Shown in pieces: positions 41,486 through 55,122 of a stretch of 64,000 bases of DNA. This DNA comes from Octopus sinensis (lineage: Eukaryota). The position numbers and the translations under genes are program-made. The notes below the pieces were generated by a model. The model did no database searches, was not told the origin of the DNA, and saw only the letters and a list, made by a program, of their open reading frames with translations. The DNA is taken from positions 28,024,001-28,088,000 of the forward strand of contig NC_043002.1 in the NCBI RefSeq assembly GCF_006345805.1, in the 5' to 3' direction. Every line of letters starts with the position of its first letter. Position 1 is the stretch's first letter.

Positions 41486-44400
41486 TGTAGCTGTCTAGAT
41501 TAAACCTGAGTATTGTTTGGCTTAAGCCAGAGTATTCCCGCTGGATAAACTGTCCTAGGCCAAAACTATACTTGGGGTGTAAAATAACCTAGGCCAGTCT
41601 ATAACCCTCCAGGCCAGTCTACACCCCTTTAACATTGTAGTCAATGTCAAACGATGTCTCGTTAATTAATGCGTATCAGCAGAGTCGTGAACTGTGACTT
41701 GATTTTAACAGTAAATTGGTTGAAATTTTTATTTGTTTGCAAGACGTGACAAATATTTGCTGTCCTTTGTGATTAAACGATCACAAACCCAGGATATTCG
41801 ACCCACCTATTTGAATCGTGGATTCAAAATGGCGACTAGCCGTCAATAATGCAAGCAGGGGAATAGAGTTTTTTGGGGCGAGGTGAGATGAACAAGGTTT
41901 TGCTTTTTATTTTCTAAGTTTTATCTATTACTTTTTATAATAGGCGCATTTACACTATTTTATGAGCACTTTTAGGCTATAAAATACTAGAAAAAGAATT
42001 TCAAACAATTTCTTATTTTAAACAGACTTATTTTAAAATTATTCAACTTTGACCAAGTTTGCCCACTAGTGGAAAAATAATTTAACATAGTGTGCCTTAC
42101 CATTTCATCTTCTTATCTTAATATACTCAGACACAACTGCTTCCTCGCACACCAAACTCATTAGTTTTGCAATTTTGACAACCATGGAAGACCGACTGTA
42201 TAACCAGCTTTTTAGATTCTACGTTGCAGCACAACGAAAGTAACCTCAGTGGATCTACAATCTACCTCCAGAAAAATATGTGAATGCCAAGTCTCAGATC
42301 AGAAGAAACAGCTAAGCCATATCAAGCAGACGGAGGGATTCTTCATCATGAGGAAAAGGAGTTTCTCCCTAAAAGCCGACTGCCAAATATCCTGAAGGCC
42401 TGTCGTGAGAACCCAATATTTGGTGGCCATTGTGGCAGAGATAAAAACTTAACCAAAATTTCTGAACGTTAATACTGAAAGGGAATGAAGAACGACGTTC
42501 ACTAATATACCATAGCCTGTCAAAAATGTTTTATCATTAATCCCAAAATCAGCTAGGCGGCTCAACCATCCTACAGTGTACCAGTGCCTGGAAAAATATG
42601 GAGCTTAGTCGGGCTTGATATGATCGGTCCCCTTCAGGAAACTTCCATCGGCAACACCGATCATTTCTCCAAGTAGACTGAAGCAATAGCTGTTCCAGAT
42701 AAAAGTGTCAAGTCAGTAGCAATTTTTTGAACTCCGTTATTTGCCGCCTTGGCTTTATGTACACTCTGATTAGCGACCAGGGACGAGAGTTTGTGAACTC
42801 GATCATCGACAACCTGAAGGAGCATTTTCAAACAGATCACTGCATTCGATCTGCCTACCACCTACAAATAAATGGCCAGCGTGATCGGGACAATCGAACA
42901 CTCAAAGAATATGTTGGTAATCTTCTCAGTGACCAAGGATACAACTGGAAGCAGTTGATCACTGTCGTTTTGTTTGCCTAACGCTCATCTGTGCATGCCT
43001 CAACTAAGTGCACTCCAGTTGAAGTCATGTAAAGACGGAAGACCAAGCTTCCTATGGACCTCATATCCTCAGAAGATGACATTGTGGACTGACAACCATT
43101 CATAAAAAGCTCCGCTCAACCGTTAGTATAAACGCCCATTTTGCCCAGGAACACCAGAAGCGCGCCTTTGATCGCCGACACTACAGCATCGGATAATAAC
43201 TGCTGGTTCCATCGTTTATATTAAGACGCTGTGCCCTCTTCACTGCATGGGTTCAAAGATGAAACCATGCTGGATTGGACCCTTTTTAGTTATTTTGGAA
43301 TCCTTAACCAAGGGATGAGTAAAACTTGGAACATTAAGACTGACAAGATACTGAGCAAGATATACCACCCCAGCAACCTTAAGATTAATCAGGATGGTTG
43401 TCCCAGTGACTCTCCCAATGACAGTCCAAAGCAAAATGCACTCAAAAGACCACGTGAAGAACCAGACAATGATGACATCTACGTCTCAAAGAAACACAAG
43501 CAGATCAAAGCTTTCAACCTGCTGCCAAGTTTAAGAAGGAAATATCTTAGCACCACTCTAGGCCTTACGGTTGGTAAGGTTGTGTACTATTGATGCACAA
43601 CAGACCTTGGACAACCACGGTGTACATATAAAGCCAAAGACGATGGGGACTGCTACTTCTGAGCCATCAACTACATCCTGACAGGATCAGAGAACAACCA
43701 CTCCCTTCTCAGAGGTAAAGCCATCCACCAAATGAACACTCTACAGAACTACCTGAAACAAAATGTGAATGAATATGTGAACACTTCTGGCATCTCTCGT
43801 CTGGGCAACTGATGCAGAGATAGTAGCCACAGCAAATCTGTTGAGTTGCAACATCATCATTCACACAAACGCCAGTGATTCCATGGATTGGTTGACATAT
43901 CTCGCAAGCTTCAATCTGCAGTAAACAACAGAACATGCACTTTGCCTTGAGAACAAGCATGATCACTTTGATGTTGTTATCAATGTTTAACTTCGAACAT
44001 TTATATTGCGCTTAGGACTTGCTAGTCTTAGAAGTTGAAGTTTCGGGAAGTTATGACTTTTATTTTATTATGAACAGTAAAATTATTGAACATTATCTTG
44101 CAATTATATTACTATGTTTTTGGGTAGGTGCTTTTATTTTAATGTGTAAATACTACTGAAAAGTGTGGTAGTCATTCTTTGTAGAAGTTTAATATTTTTA
44201 CAGTTTTACAGATTGAACTTCTTCTAGTCGAATTAATGCAAGTCTATGTTTAGAGTTTTAATGTTTAAGTCAGTTTTCTCAGCTTACCTAAGAAAGATGA
44301 ACCCCACCACCACTTATAAAGCATTGAAAATCTAATTAATTTTTGTGTATATCACCCAAAATTACTGATATCATGGGGGTACAATCTGATCTGAGAGGTA

Positions 44401-44501
44401 TGAATTGGCCTAGGCCAGTCTATACCCTAGGGTATAATCTAGCCTAACTTCCTTTAACCCTAGATATAGTCAGGATTGGAGGCATAGTATTGCTTCTTAC
44501 A
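41486..44501 (+). mobile_element. Ginger1 DNA transposon (Gypsy-like integrase + OTU domain), degenerate
   Basis: TGT...ACA termini, CCGG TSD (41482-41485, 44502-44505), degenerate ~140-bp TIRs; H2C2 finger (GGHCGRDK..CQKC), VGLDMIGP, LISDQGREF, SAYH.QING, WIGPF; OTU-like DGDCYF.AI..., WATDAEI, HFDVV at 43640-43990; no RT or LTR. Confidence 0.85.
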
Positions 44502-44702
44502 CCGGAAATATGAACACTAGAGACTGTGACAATTTAATCTCAGGAGGTAATAAATGTATATAGCGCAAGATTTAAAACCTGCTAGATAATTTGTCAATCC
44601 TAAAAAGATTAAACTACACTACATCGATGATATGAAATATTGCCAAATTTATTCATGATTTTATATTTTGTGCAATGATATTTCCATATTTGTATATTGT
44701 AG

Positions 44703-44788
44703 ACTACTAAATAAAAATGAAAGATGCGCAGTTGACAACGAGAGATGCAGAAATCTGTTCCAATCGATGTTTAGCATCTTATGTCTCA
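44703..44788 (+). CDS. Exon B8 (LLNKNERCAVDNERCRNLFQSMFSILCL)
   Basis: ttgtag acceptor, A|gtaag donor, 86 nt, phase 2->1, upstream intron homologous to those before B1/B3/B6. Confidence 0.78.
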
Positions 44789-47700
44789 GTAAGATTTTTT
44801 TAATTAATATATTTCATTTTACTGGCGAACTTTCAGCATCCACATAGTAAATTCCAAACGAAAACTGTATTTGTAAAGTTACGTTTAGGATACACTTGAC
44901 TTCACTTCTCACTTCCTGATCGAGCCATAGAAGAGGCCCATGAACTAAGTTCTTGATTTCTCCAGCTGACTTTGTCGTGTGCGAGTTCTCGTTCTTTTCT
45001 CTAATAACGTGTGTGTGTGTGTGTGTGTCCACATTACTCTGTTTATGTCTCCTTTCTCCACTCTAAGTTTCTTAAAGAATGATTTTTGCCAGGTTAGTAG
45101 ATCTTTCTGAATAAGCACACCGTCTCACATTACTTTTACACAGAGTTGTTATATTATCTACTTCGATGCAAATGTTAGTTAGATGGGTTCGCGCACTTTC
45201 TCGATGGTGATCTGGTCCATGTACAAGAATAATAAGAGGCTCCATCTTATTTCGATTGCATGTGTTTTTCCTTGTATCAATGTCGTGACGATCCATATTT
45301 CCCATGTTTATGGAAGATTTAGAGTACATACGCTCTACTGTACCTATACATATTCTAATGTTAGTTTTCAACTCAAGACGGTAGGCTAGCAGAATCCTTG
45401 GCACGCTAGGTGAAATGCTTAGTGGTATTTAGTCCTTCAGGTTCTGAGCTCAAATTTCGCTCAGGTCCAGTTTGCCTGTCATCTGTCATCGATCGGGCGC
45501 CGATAATTTAAGTACCAGTTGAGTATTGGGAGCGACACAATCGACTTACGCCCTCCCTTGAAATTGCTGGCCTTGTGCCAAAGTTTGAAATGAATATCAG
45601 TTTTTATGGTGGAGTTTCTGTCCTTCCATATTGGCCCATCTCCTTTTACTTCACTCATTTTCTGTGCGGTTGTTGCAAGGATTTTTGGTCTTGATATTTG
45701 GGCAATAATGCTTGACTCCAGTTACTTAAACTACTATTTATGTCTAGACTCTCTCTTTGGAGCTAGGTATCTTTTTTTATGAAACCCTTGGAATTTTTAA
45801 TTTGGATGTTTTCTACAGTTTTTATTCAAAGCTACTGGAGAACTTACCAGGGTACCATCTAAGTCAGCCAATTTATCTATACTTACTGTCAGCTTATCCA
45901 TTTAATTCAGCAAATATTAGCATTTTAATATTCGTTTCTTCCAACATACTTGTGCTTATATTATTTTAAGGGTAACGTTTACAAATTACATAAGTCAGGG
46001 TGTGAAGAAAAGAAGAGCCTAGCCAATTGCTCCTAATGTGACATAAACCTCACTTTTCGTTATTACCTTAACTTCAAAGAGTTGCTAGAATGAATCAGCT
46101 GCTTTACCTTAATTAATATTTTCCCGATTACAAATCATTAAGCTCCTTTCTTAAGTCTATGAAGACAAGCTAGAATTTTCGTTCTTGTTCACTGTATCTA
46201 TCGTTGAGAAATCAATGTTGAAGACCTAATCAGTAGCACTTCCAACTTAACTGAAACCCACCTGTTCTATAACTTTCTGTGTCGTTAGTCTTTTCAGAAG
46301 GATTTTAAGTAGTATCTCGCTTGCAAGATTGGTCTTACTGATAATATTATCATTGTTTCAATGTTTGTTTTAGTACATTATGGAAATCAATAACACAAAA
46401 CTTCGAACTTAAGATATTCAGTATAAACGAATGGAAGAAATAACCTTCTATGAGTGACCGATTCCTATTGTTTAACAAGGAGAACGTAGACATATGCACA
46501 CAGAGGTTATATGTTGACAGAAGAATGACCACCATGCATGCTAGTATCGTAAATTTCCTTTATCTCCCCACGGTTTGTAGACCATTTCTGTTTCCAATGT
46601 CCGTAATTACACTAGCTGAACGGTACCCATTGGGAATATGAAACATTCTTTGAGGATTTGAACTTTGTTTATCATTGGAGTTTTGCATTACACTCACTTT
46701 AATTTCCATAAATACGTACACAACCATGTGCGAACTAAGTTAGAACAAAACATATATATGTATTTTCAAAAAAGGTTAGAATTACAGCTTTAATCTTATT
46801 GTAGTGATTACTTTCTTGCTATTCTATTTATATATGTTCCGTCTTGAAGTCATACACCCCAACAGTACGGCGTGAGCACAACTATCACAAACACAACTTT
46901 ACTGACTTCAATTAGAATTTGTACATATAATTCGAAAGTGTGAGACATCATACGAAGTAAAGAAACTGCAATGACCAAGGAATCTGTCTTCAACCTGCAA
47001 TAGGATGTTCATGATTATGTATAAGACTCGTTGACATCCTGTTAAAATGGCCTTGATGGATATGTTGAGTATGAACGCTACCACACTTGTATGCCTATTT
47101 TTCTTTCTACTAGAGGGAAGTAGGTTTTTTCCTGGTCTGTGATCCTCCAGTGTTTTTGCATGCCATATGATAATTGGTCTATCTTCCAAGAATCTCTCCT
47201 TTCGATGATTTTCCAGGTCATTTATCACATTCAGACGAATATAGTAGATTTTGTTCATCTGGGTTGATATTATTGCGGTATATAGTAACTTTTTGCTTGT
47301 TTATTTCAGTGAGCTATTTCTTACTTACCCTTTGTTTGTTCATTTCAATTACTTGTTTATTTCAATGAGAAAATCCTTTATTTCTCACCACAGCTGATTT
47401 CTTTCAGTTAGATTGTTGAAAACGAAGCTGTTTCGTCCGAAAATGTTATCCGCCCTGGCTGGTGAAATAATTTTCGAAATGATACATCGATTGGGGGCAT
47501 ATTGAGAGCATATCCTCATTTACTTTTTCTCTCCAGCTAAGTAAGAAACATCCACTCCGCTTAACTAGGGGCCAGTATACCATTCATCAAAGGCAACCCC
47601 TTAATTCAGAGCTACTCTATACTAAAAGTAATTATTATGGTTATTTCTAAAATCAGTATTTTAGAAAACAATGGAGTGTTGAAAACACTCCTTGCAGTAG

Positions 47701-48199
47701 TGATGTTGGCTCATCATATCCCTAGAGTTTATTAATCGATTATCGAGTCGTGAGTTGATATGAAACCCCACTATATGATATTGTTGTAATTAAGTTAGTA
47801 TAATTGACATTAGTAATTTTATTAAAATTACAATTATTTTATTAGTACTTAATCCATGAAATTTAAAGAAAAAATGAGACTGTGAAAATATTAACTATGC
47901 CTGGAACTTAACTGTAATCTCAATTTATCTATACTTACTGTCAAATTCAATTAAGTTATAACGTATCGTCAAAATCTAATAACATATTATACCATATAAC
48001 TAAACTAATCATGACTGTTAGAATCGTGGCTTTCTCCTGTTTCACAATCTTCTATGGTGCTCTTTCATATTGTGGCGACTTGATAAAATTCAGATTAATT
48101 GGATGGGGACATATTTGATGTGAATATATTCGTAATGATATATTAGGTTTAAAGTGTGTAATAAGTTTTACTTTCACAATATAACAACTTTCTTTTCAG

Positions 48200-48244
48200 G
48201 GTGATATATACCTGGAGGTTGAAAATACTAGAAGTACTACTGAG
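48200..48244 (+). other. Candidate downstream exon (45 nt)
   Basis: ctttcttttcag acceptor and GAG|gtaagt donor; frame unresolved (stop after one codon if joined directly to B8). Confidence 0.4.
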
Positions 48245-49396
48245 GTAAGTTCTATATTTCTAACATTAATTCATCAAATCGTATTATCAATTGCATATTG
48301 CTTGTACTTCATCATAACATCTTTTTAAATTGGTGGGTGTTGAAGATATGACTTTTGCAGTCCCTCCATACAAAGTGAGTTTGATGCAGTTGGGGTTCCA
48401 TTTAAATGGCTGGAGTTCAATTCCTGCAGGAAAGAGATGAGCAGGGAGGAGATTCCCAATGGGCTATGTTCTGAGGAAGAACGATTGGGCATGATGCTGC
48501 TGTGTGAACCAGACACAAAGGTAATGGGAGGTGGAGAGGCAAGAGGTCCAGGAAAGCCCAAATGGAATAGATACTAAACATCTCCAAGAGTTTGAAGCTG
48601 TGATAACAGCTTTAGAAAAGGCAGGGAGAGTAAACCTTTTGTATGTGGGTGATTTAATGTCAATACTCGAATATTTGTATTCGAATATAACAGCAGCAAT
48701 ATCCGAGGCATAGACTGAGAACACTATTGTAGTCCTCATTTTTACTTTATGTATCCCTTAAAATTTGGAGTGACGGTGAGGGCAGTAGCTCCCTTCTGCT
48801 CAGTTTCAGTGTGAACTCATGGTGTTTTCTCAAATAGCAATATAATGTCAATGATATAGCATGGGATATATGAGTGATATCTCCCCAGTGTGCCTGTTCA
48901 CAACTATAATACCGCTCCGTTAATAAACATAAGATACATGCAATATATATTTAATATTTTATTGTAATGTGGTTTCCATCCTACACAGCTATGTGGCAAT
49001 ACTAACACTAATGAAACGATAGCCAGAGATGTAAGTAGGATATCAATATAATATACAATGTCGTTACTCATGTGGTAACATGGCATTTACATAGTGATTG
49101 CCATTATTATTACTTGCAGCGCTTCACGTAGGTATAATACGATATGATTTAAGTTTCATAATCAGAAAGCGGACAACACCGTGAAACAAATAGTGATATT
49201 AAACTAAGTGTTTAACAGAACCACTGTAAAAGTAGATAAAATTCCATTGTGAACTAAAACATCACATTTTGCAATATCATTACCAAAGTCGCATTAATAG
49301 ATAATACTGAATTACATAAGATAAATATACCTTCTCTATTTTAAATCACTCTTCAAAAGAAATGTTTATAGATATATTTTTCCATTCTTTTTACAG

Positions 49397-49470
49397 GTCT
49401 TATTTCAATTTGCAATCAATCTTGAAGGTTATAGCACTCAAATAAATTTCCTATAAAATAAAATTGAATT
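49397..49470 (+). other. Candidate terminal exon with poly(A) signals
   Basis: ttctttttacag acceptor; AATAAA at 49441 and 49457. Confidence 0.35.
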
Positions 49471-49622
49471 TTGAAAGAATTATCCATGTGTATGTGTTAT
49501 TTTGCAATCTTCTTCAAATAGGGATAGTCGGTAAAGAATTTTGCATCGTTATTTGATGTTGCTGTATGTGGGGGTTAAGGCCAAAGTGTGCAAATACAAA
49601 AGTATCAGATATACATATAGGG

Positions 49623-49689
<67 letters not shown>

Positions 49690-52689
49690 TAATATAGAGA
49701 CCACAATATTACATAGTGTAGGGACTCTACATTATATACAACGTAGAGTCAACGCCAAAGTGTGTAAATTGAAAAGTTTCAAATATACATAATGTAAAAC
49801 TATATAGGGTTCAGTCCTTAAGCCGGGTTTGTATTCTGTATATCTGCCGTTAAATTCAATAACACACTTCTCTCTACCAACTACAGTTACTATGTTTCAA
49901 AGCTACAGTAATACATATGTTAGATGTCATTGCTCGAGTAGCATGGTGTTGTTTCTGATATTTCTATTTAACAGTAGGCCAATGTTTCCTGTACGATTTT
50001 AACTTTTGTAGTGTTTAATGAAAAACTGTAATTTACGTGTCAGCAGATGTTTATAGGTGAATATTTAGAACTTTTGCACGGAAAAAAGCTTCGCTTTGTA
50101 GTAAATACTAATATATCATGTTTGTCTTCTTAGTAAGCTGGAACATGTAATACATACATATCTTTAATACATACATATTATCTTTATACTTTCTCAAATA
50201 CTTTTGGTCCACCTTGCAAACCAATAATGTGACATTAGTATGACACTGAAAGATTTTATGGTTATTGCTTAATAACTAAAGCATGTACAAACAATAGCAT
50301 TACGCTGGTATTTTTGCTGTTTGTTTTCTTATTAGAATACTCACGTGACAAAATAAGTGAAACTTCTCAAAATGTGTGTAATATATAATAATAATGAAAT
50401 TATTGTATACAGTGCTCATGTGCACCACAACTTGTCAAAAGTGCGTATAAAGCATATGCAGTAATGTACAAATGTCTGGGAAGTGAACAGTGTATGGGTC
50501 AGATACATGCTTGCGTATGTATAGAGGGGAGAAAATCAGGTGTAGTGTTGGCGAATCTCAGGAAGCATGGAAGTTTTAAAGTTTTGAATATGTTTATTAT
50601 TGTTGGAGAACACATAAATGAATTGACTATATAAAATGTTCTACTTCATTTCCAAGTGTTTAAATCGTGAATTATATCAGGCAATTTATAGTTCCTATTT
50701 CATTAATATATAATATGTAAACACTAACTTCGTGGTAGTGATTGAGATGTGGAGATAGAACTAATAAGTATGTGAATACTTAGTCATTGATTTACACTGT
50801 TAACCTCAAGATCAATATGCTGGATATACTGAAATAAAACTTCCCTATGAAATTGCAGAGTTAGAAATCTTTAAGTTTCAAATATATCAACATACATTAG
50901 TGAAGAAAGAGGGAGTTTATTATTTTCAAAGCAAATTGATTATAACACATTGTTAAATGATATACGTAAAAAGTATAAACGAAATGCAATATAGCAATCG
51001 ATTTATCAATGTAACTATAATTTTTGTATAATCACATTATCTATCAAAGAGTAAATTTACATTTCGAGGAATTCTGGGAAGTAGTATGCATGCGAATAAT
51101 AAAACGTGAACACGACTGAAAACATATCAATAAGCGAAGAAATGTAGACATTACGCAAAATCAAACATTGGGAAGGTAATAACAACTGGTAAAATCACAC
51201 TCATCTAGTCTAAACATTAATTGGGAAATGTAAGGCGTTAGAAAATATATTGAACACTTTGCCGAAGAGAGGACACCGTACTGACTTACTGAGTGGAAAT
51301 CCGTTTTAACGGATAATATCATTAAAGTACTAACAAACATTATGCAAAGAAGAAAAACGTATAAACGATTAACACAAAATCATCATAAATATATATCTGA
51401 ATATATATTGAGATCATATGTGAATATTCAGATCATATTCACATCATGAATATATATCTGGTTTCGAAAAATCATTTTCAGAAGATAGGAATGGATGTTG
51501 CGAAGGGTCAAGCGCCTATTAAAATCAATTACCTATCAGTAAAAACCTTATTCAAAAGCGGTGGAAGGTTTCCGTTTCCGCATTCTTTCATTATTGCTTT
51601 TGATGCTTACGGTGGTGAATAGAAATGTTCATAAGATGACTTTGAAGTTTGTATGTATTAATTTCAAGTCCTATTAATGACTGCATTGCTTCTTTTCATG
51701 TAAACTCATATATGACTTTTCGAAGAAGACTTTGAACGTAACTAGTAGCAAGTTCTCTTGAAAATGGGAAAAATTTAACATTATTATGTTATCAATTATA
51801 ATGTCGCTAATGGTAACATAATTCAGTACAAGCTGTTGCGTGGTCGGCTCTTCGGTGACTAAACTGGCAACACTACCAAGCTTGCTTGGGGACGAGGGTA
51901 ATTGTTGGACGCCCTGCAGGATGAAAATATGACTCGTGAAGGAGTTTCTGTAATTTTCACAACTTCTCTCATGTCTCTATATACTGCTGCCTGGTTACGG
52001 TGAATTTTTTCTTTATTGTTTTTCTCTCGGTTATTCTCTTCTTTATCGCAGTTTCCCACAGACAACTCTTACCTTGTGCTTGAGGGTGATCAGTTTGCAA
52101 GCGAGTGTCCTGTTTTAGCTGTCTCCAAACATCATTTCTTTTTCCTTCCTCACTTATGTATGTATGTATGTATGTATGTATGTATGTATGTATGTATGTA
52201 TGTATGTATGTATGTGTATATATATGTATATATCAGGTCGTTTTATACAGAGGATATTGTTATCAACACTTTGTTAAGCAGAAGAATAAATGTAAAACAT
52301 CTGAATGCACCCAATGTCCAACGACTAGCATCTCATAGATTATATTTTGATCCGAGAGCATATGAAAGGTGTTTTTAGTCTTCGGTCCATGGTGTCGGAG
52401 CAGAAAGCTGCACTGAGCATCGTCTTGGGCGTGGAAAATGAAGATTTTGATAAACGTCGGAAATGAAGATTTTTATAAAGTCGGTTTCAAATTAATAAGC
52501 AATGTGCAAACATTCCTCGTTGCTATAGAATTCTATCACTCTTGATCCAAACAATTAATGGGAAGATTTCAAGACAAAAGTATTTCAGGCTGCAAGTTCT
52601 TCAGTGGTACTTGTATAAGTCCAGTTACTGGTTTTCAGAAAAATCCCTAGAAATTCATGATCTGTTTTTAGAAAACAAAATTTATGCAT

Positions 52690-52940
52690 CACACTTCTTT
52701 TTACTTGAAGTGCAACACAAATGAAGCTTATGGAAAGCTGAAAGGGAAAGGACAAACGGTTCTAAGGAAAATTAAACAGGAATGGTGGAATAACGAGGCA
52801 AAGGGGTCGCAAGAAGCGGCTGATAGAAATGGTGCCAAGAGGTTGTACTCTTATGTTAAGGAGGTATATAGCCCAAAAGCTTCTTCAATAGCGCCAGTGA
52901 GAACAGCCAATGTACATTTGCTTTTCACCGACAACACTTC
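52690..52940 (+). mobile_element. RTE-like LINE fragment
   Basis: LRKIKQEWWNNEAKGSQEAADRNGAKRLYSYVKEVYSPK resembles the RTE inter-domain linker. Confidence 0.5.
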
Positions 52941-52987
52941 TATTCATAACACTTCTATATGTATTAGAACCTTTAATATCTATACAT

Positions 52988-53114
52988 AGGCTTGCTTACC
53001 AACAACATGGTACCTGGTTCATTCAGTCCCACTGCGGGACACCTTGGGCAAGTGTCGGGTCGACCAAAGCCTTGTGAGTAGATTTGGTAGACGGAAACTG
53101 AAAGAAGCCCGTCG

Positions 53115-53179
<65 letters not shown>

Positions 53180-53193
53180 ATGTCGTATATATA

Positions 53194-53257
<64 letters not shown>

Positions 53258-53452
53258 CTGTGTTTGTCCCCCCAACATCGCTTGACAACCGATATTGGTA
53301 TGTTTACGTCCTAAGTAACTTAGCGGTTCGGCAAAAGAGACCGATAGAACAAGTACTAGGCTTACAAAGATTAAGTCCTGGGGTCGATTTGTTGGACTAA
53401 AGGTGGTGCCCCAGCATGGCCACAATCAAATGACTGAAACAAGTAAAAGAGT
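52988..53452 (+). mobile_element. SINE family 1
   Basis: Matches 4192-4613. Confidence 0.85.
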
Positions 53453-53520
53453 ATACGTCTATATATTTAGTACATATATGTATATATATGTAAGACGTAT
53501 ACGTATAAATATAATGTGTA

Positions 53521-54270
53521 TACGAGGTGATACCCAAAAGTAACAGAAAATGTTTTCTGTGGAACAAGCCTCTTCTAGTTCAGACTTCCGCCGTTGAAAG
53601 CGATTTCTTGCGATGCCCAGTCATCAGTATGCTGACAGGTATTATCGAGCGTAGTCCTACTGCAACGTGGGGCAGCATTCCTTTGCGGTGTTTCTCCCCT
53701 GTACCTTGATTTTTTGAAATAGCTGAAAAGAAGAAACAGCATGCTTCCGTGAAACTCTGTTTTCTCCTAGGGAAAACAGTGACCGAAACAGTTGTCATGC
53801 TTCTAAAAGCTTACAAGGACGCTGCCATGAGCAAAACACAAGTTTACAAGTGGTTTGCACGCTTTAGAGTTGGTCACTTATCGCTTGAAATTCAACCTCG
53901 GTCAGGGCGTCCGTCGACATCCCAGATGAATGAAAACATCACAAAAATTCATGGACTGATCTTGGAGGACCATCAGCGAAGAATTGACGAACTTGTTGAT
54001 ATAATTGGTATGTCCTGGAGCTCCTGCAAACTAGGTTTGAGCGAGGAATTACAAATGAAAAGAATTGAAGCATAATTTGTACCTCGCTCACTCACGGAAG
54101 ATCAAAAGTAGTCATGACTAAATGTGTGTCGTGAAATAAAAGAACATTTGGAAATTGATCCGTACCTCTTTTTGAAGGTCATCACTGACGACGAAAGCTG
54201 GTGCTACGGAAGCTGCAGATGTGTAAAATGTGAAGAAAACAAACGGCGGAGGCGTTTAAGGGCATAATTT
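53521..54270 (+). pseudogene. Mariner transposase remnant
   Basis: TA-cgaggtg terminus; KLCFLLGKTVTETVVML..AY...MSKTQVYKWFARF...PRSGRPSTS; FVPR.LT; ITDDESWCY; stops and deletion. Confidence 0.85.
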
Positions 54271-54724
54271 TGCAAGCTTTCCTGCACTTCAAACGTTTAC
54301 CGGTTTCTTCTCAGTTAGGAACTAAAATAATGTGAATTCGTTTAGAGAGGAATTTTACCAGGTCTTTACATCTAAGGGTGATGTAATAAATTCTAGACGG
54401 AAGCAAACTTTGAGATGCTTGCACATGAGGTAATTCACATTTGCCCATTATAAATTAATAATAAACATTTAAACAACAGAATGTTTTGAAATAATGGACT
54501 ATAAGTGATTATCCAATCAAAACTTGAATTGAAGATTGTTCGCGTCGGACTTAAGGAACAACTCTACATCTTACAACGCAGAGCAGATAAAAGAAAAATT
54601 TAAACAGTTAAATCCAAGGACATTAAGTAAAGAACCCCAGGAAATTGCCCTGGTATTATAGTAGAATTGCAATTGACACGGTTACTAATCGGTGCTGTTG
54701 AAACATATGTAGGTCTATGTAAAG

Positions 54725-55122
54725 CTGTATTCTTTTATTCTTATATCTGCTTCAGTCATTGGACTGCGGCCATGCTAAGCACCACCTTTAAGTCGGAAAA
54801 TCGACTCCAGGACTTATTCTTTGTAAGCCTAGTACTTATTATTCTATCGATCTCTTTTGCCGAGCTGCTAATTTTACGGGGACGTAAACACACAAACATC
54901 GGTTTTCAAGGGAGGTGAGGGACACGGGACACCAGCACACCAACATACACACACACATGAGACTGGGTCTTTCAGTTTCCGTCCATCAAATCTACTAACA
55001 AAGCTTTGGTCCGCCTGAGGCTATAGCAAAATACACTTAGGCAAGATGTCATGCAATGGGACAGAACCCGAAACCATGTGGGTGGTAAGCAAGCTACTTA
55101 CCACACAGCCTCTCCTGCGCTA
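54725..55122 (-). mobile_element. SINE family 1
   Basis: Reverse complement of 4192-4613 family. Confidence 0.8.

Noticed and set aside
42184-43400. Gypsy LTR retrotransposon or domesticated GIN1-like gene
   Set aside because: No RT or LTRs, many stops; TIRs and CCGG TSD indicate a Ginger1 transposon
45600-47400. Possible LINE remnants on - strand, also 38680-39090 and 48310-48720
   Set aside because: Too degenerate to assign family or boundaries by eye
48011-48118. Short hydrophobic ORF MTVRIVAFSCFTIFYGALSYC...
   Set aside because: 35 codons, no convincing donor or downstream partner; expected by chance in T-rich DNA
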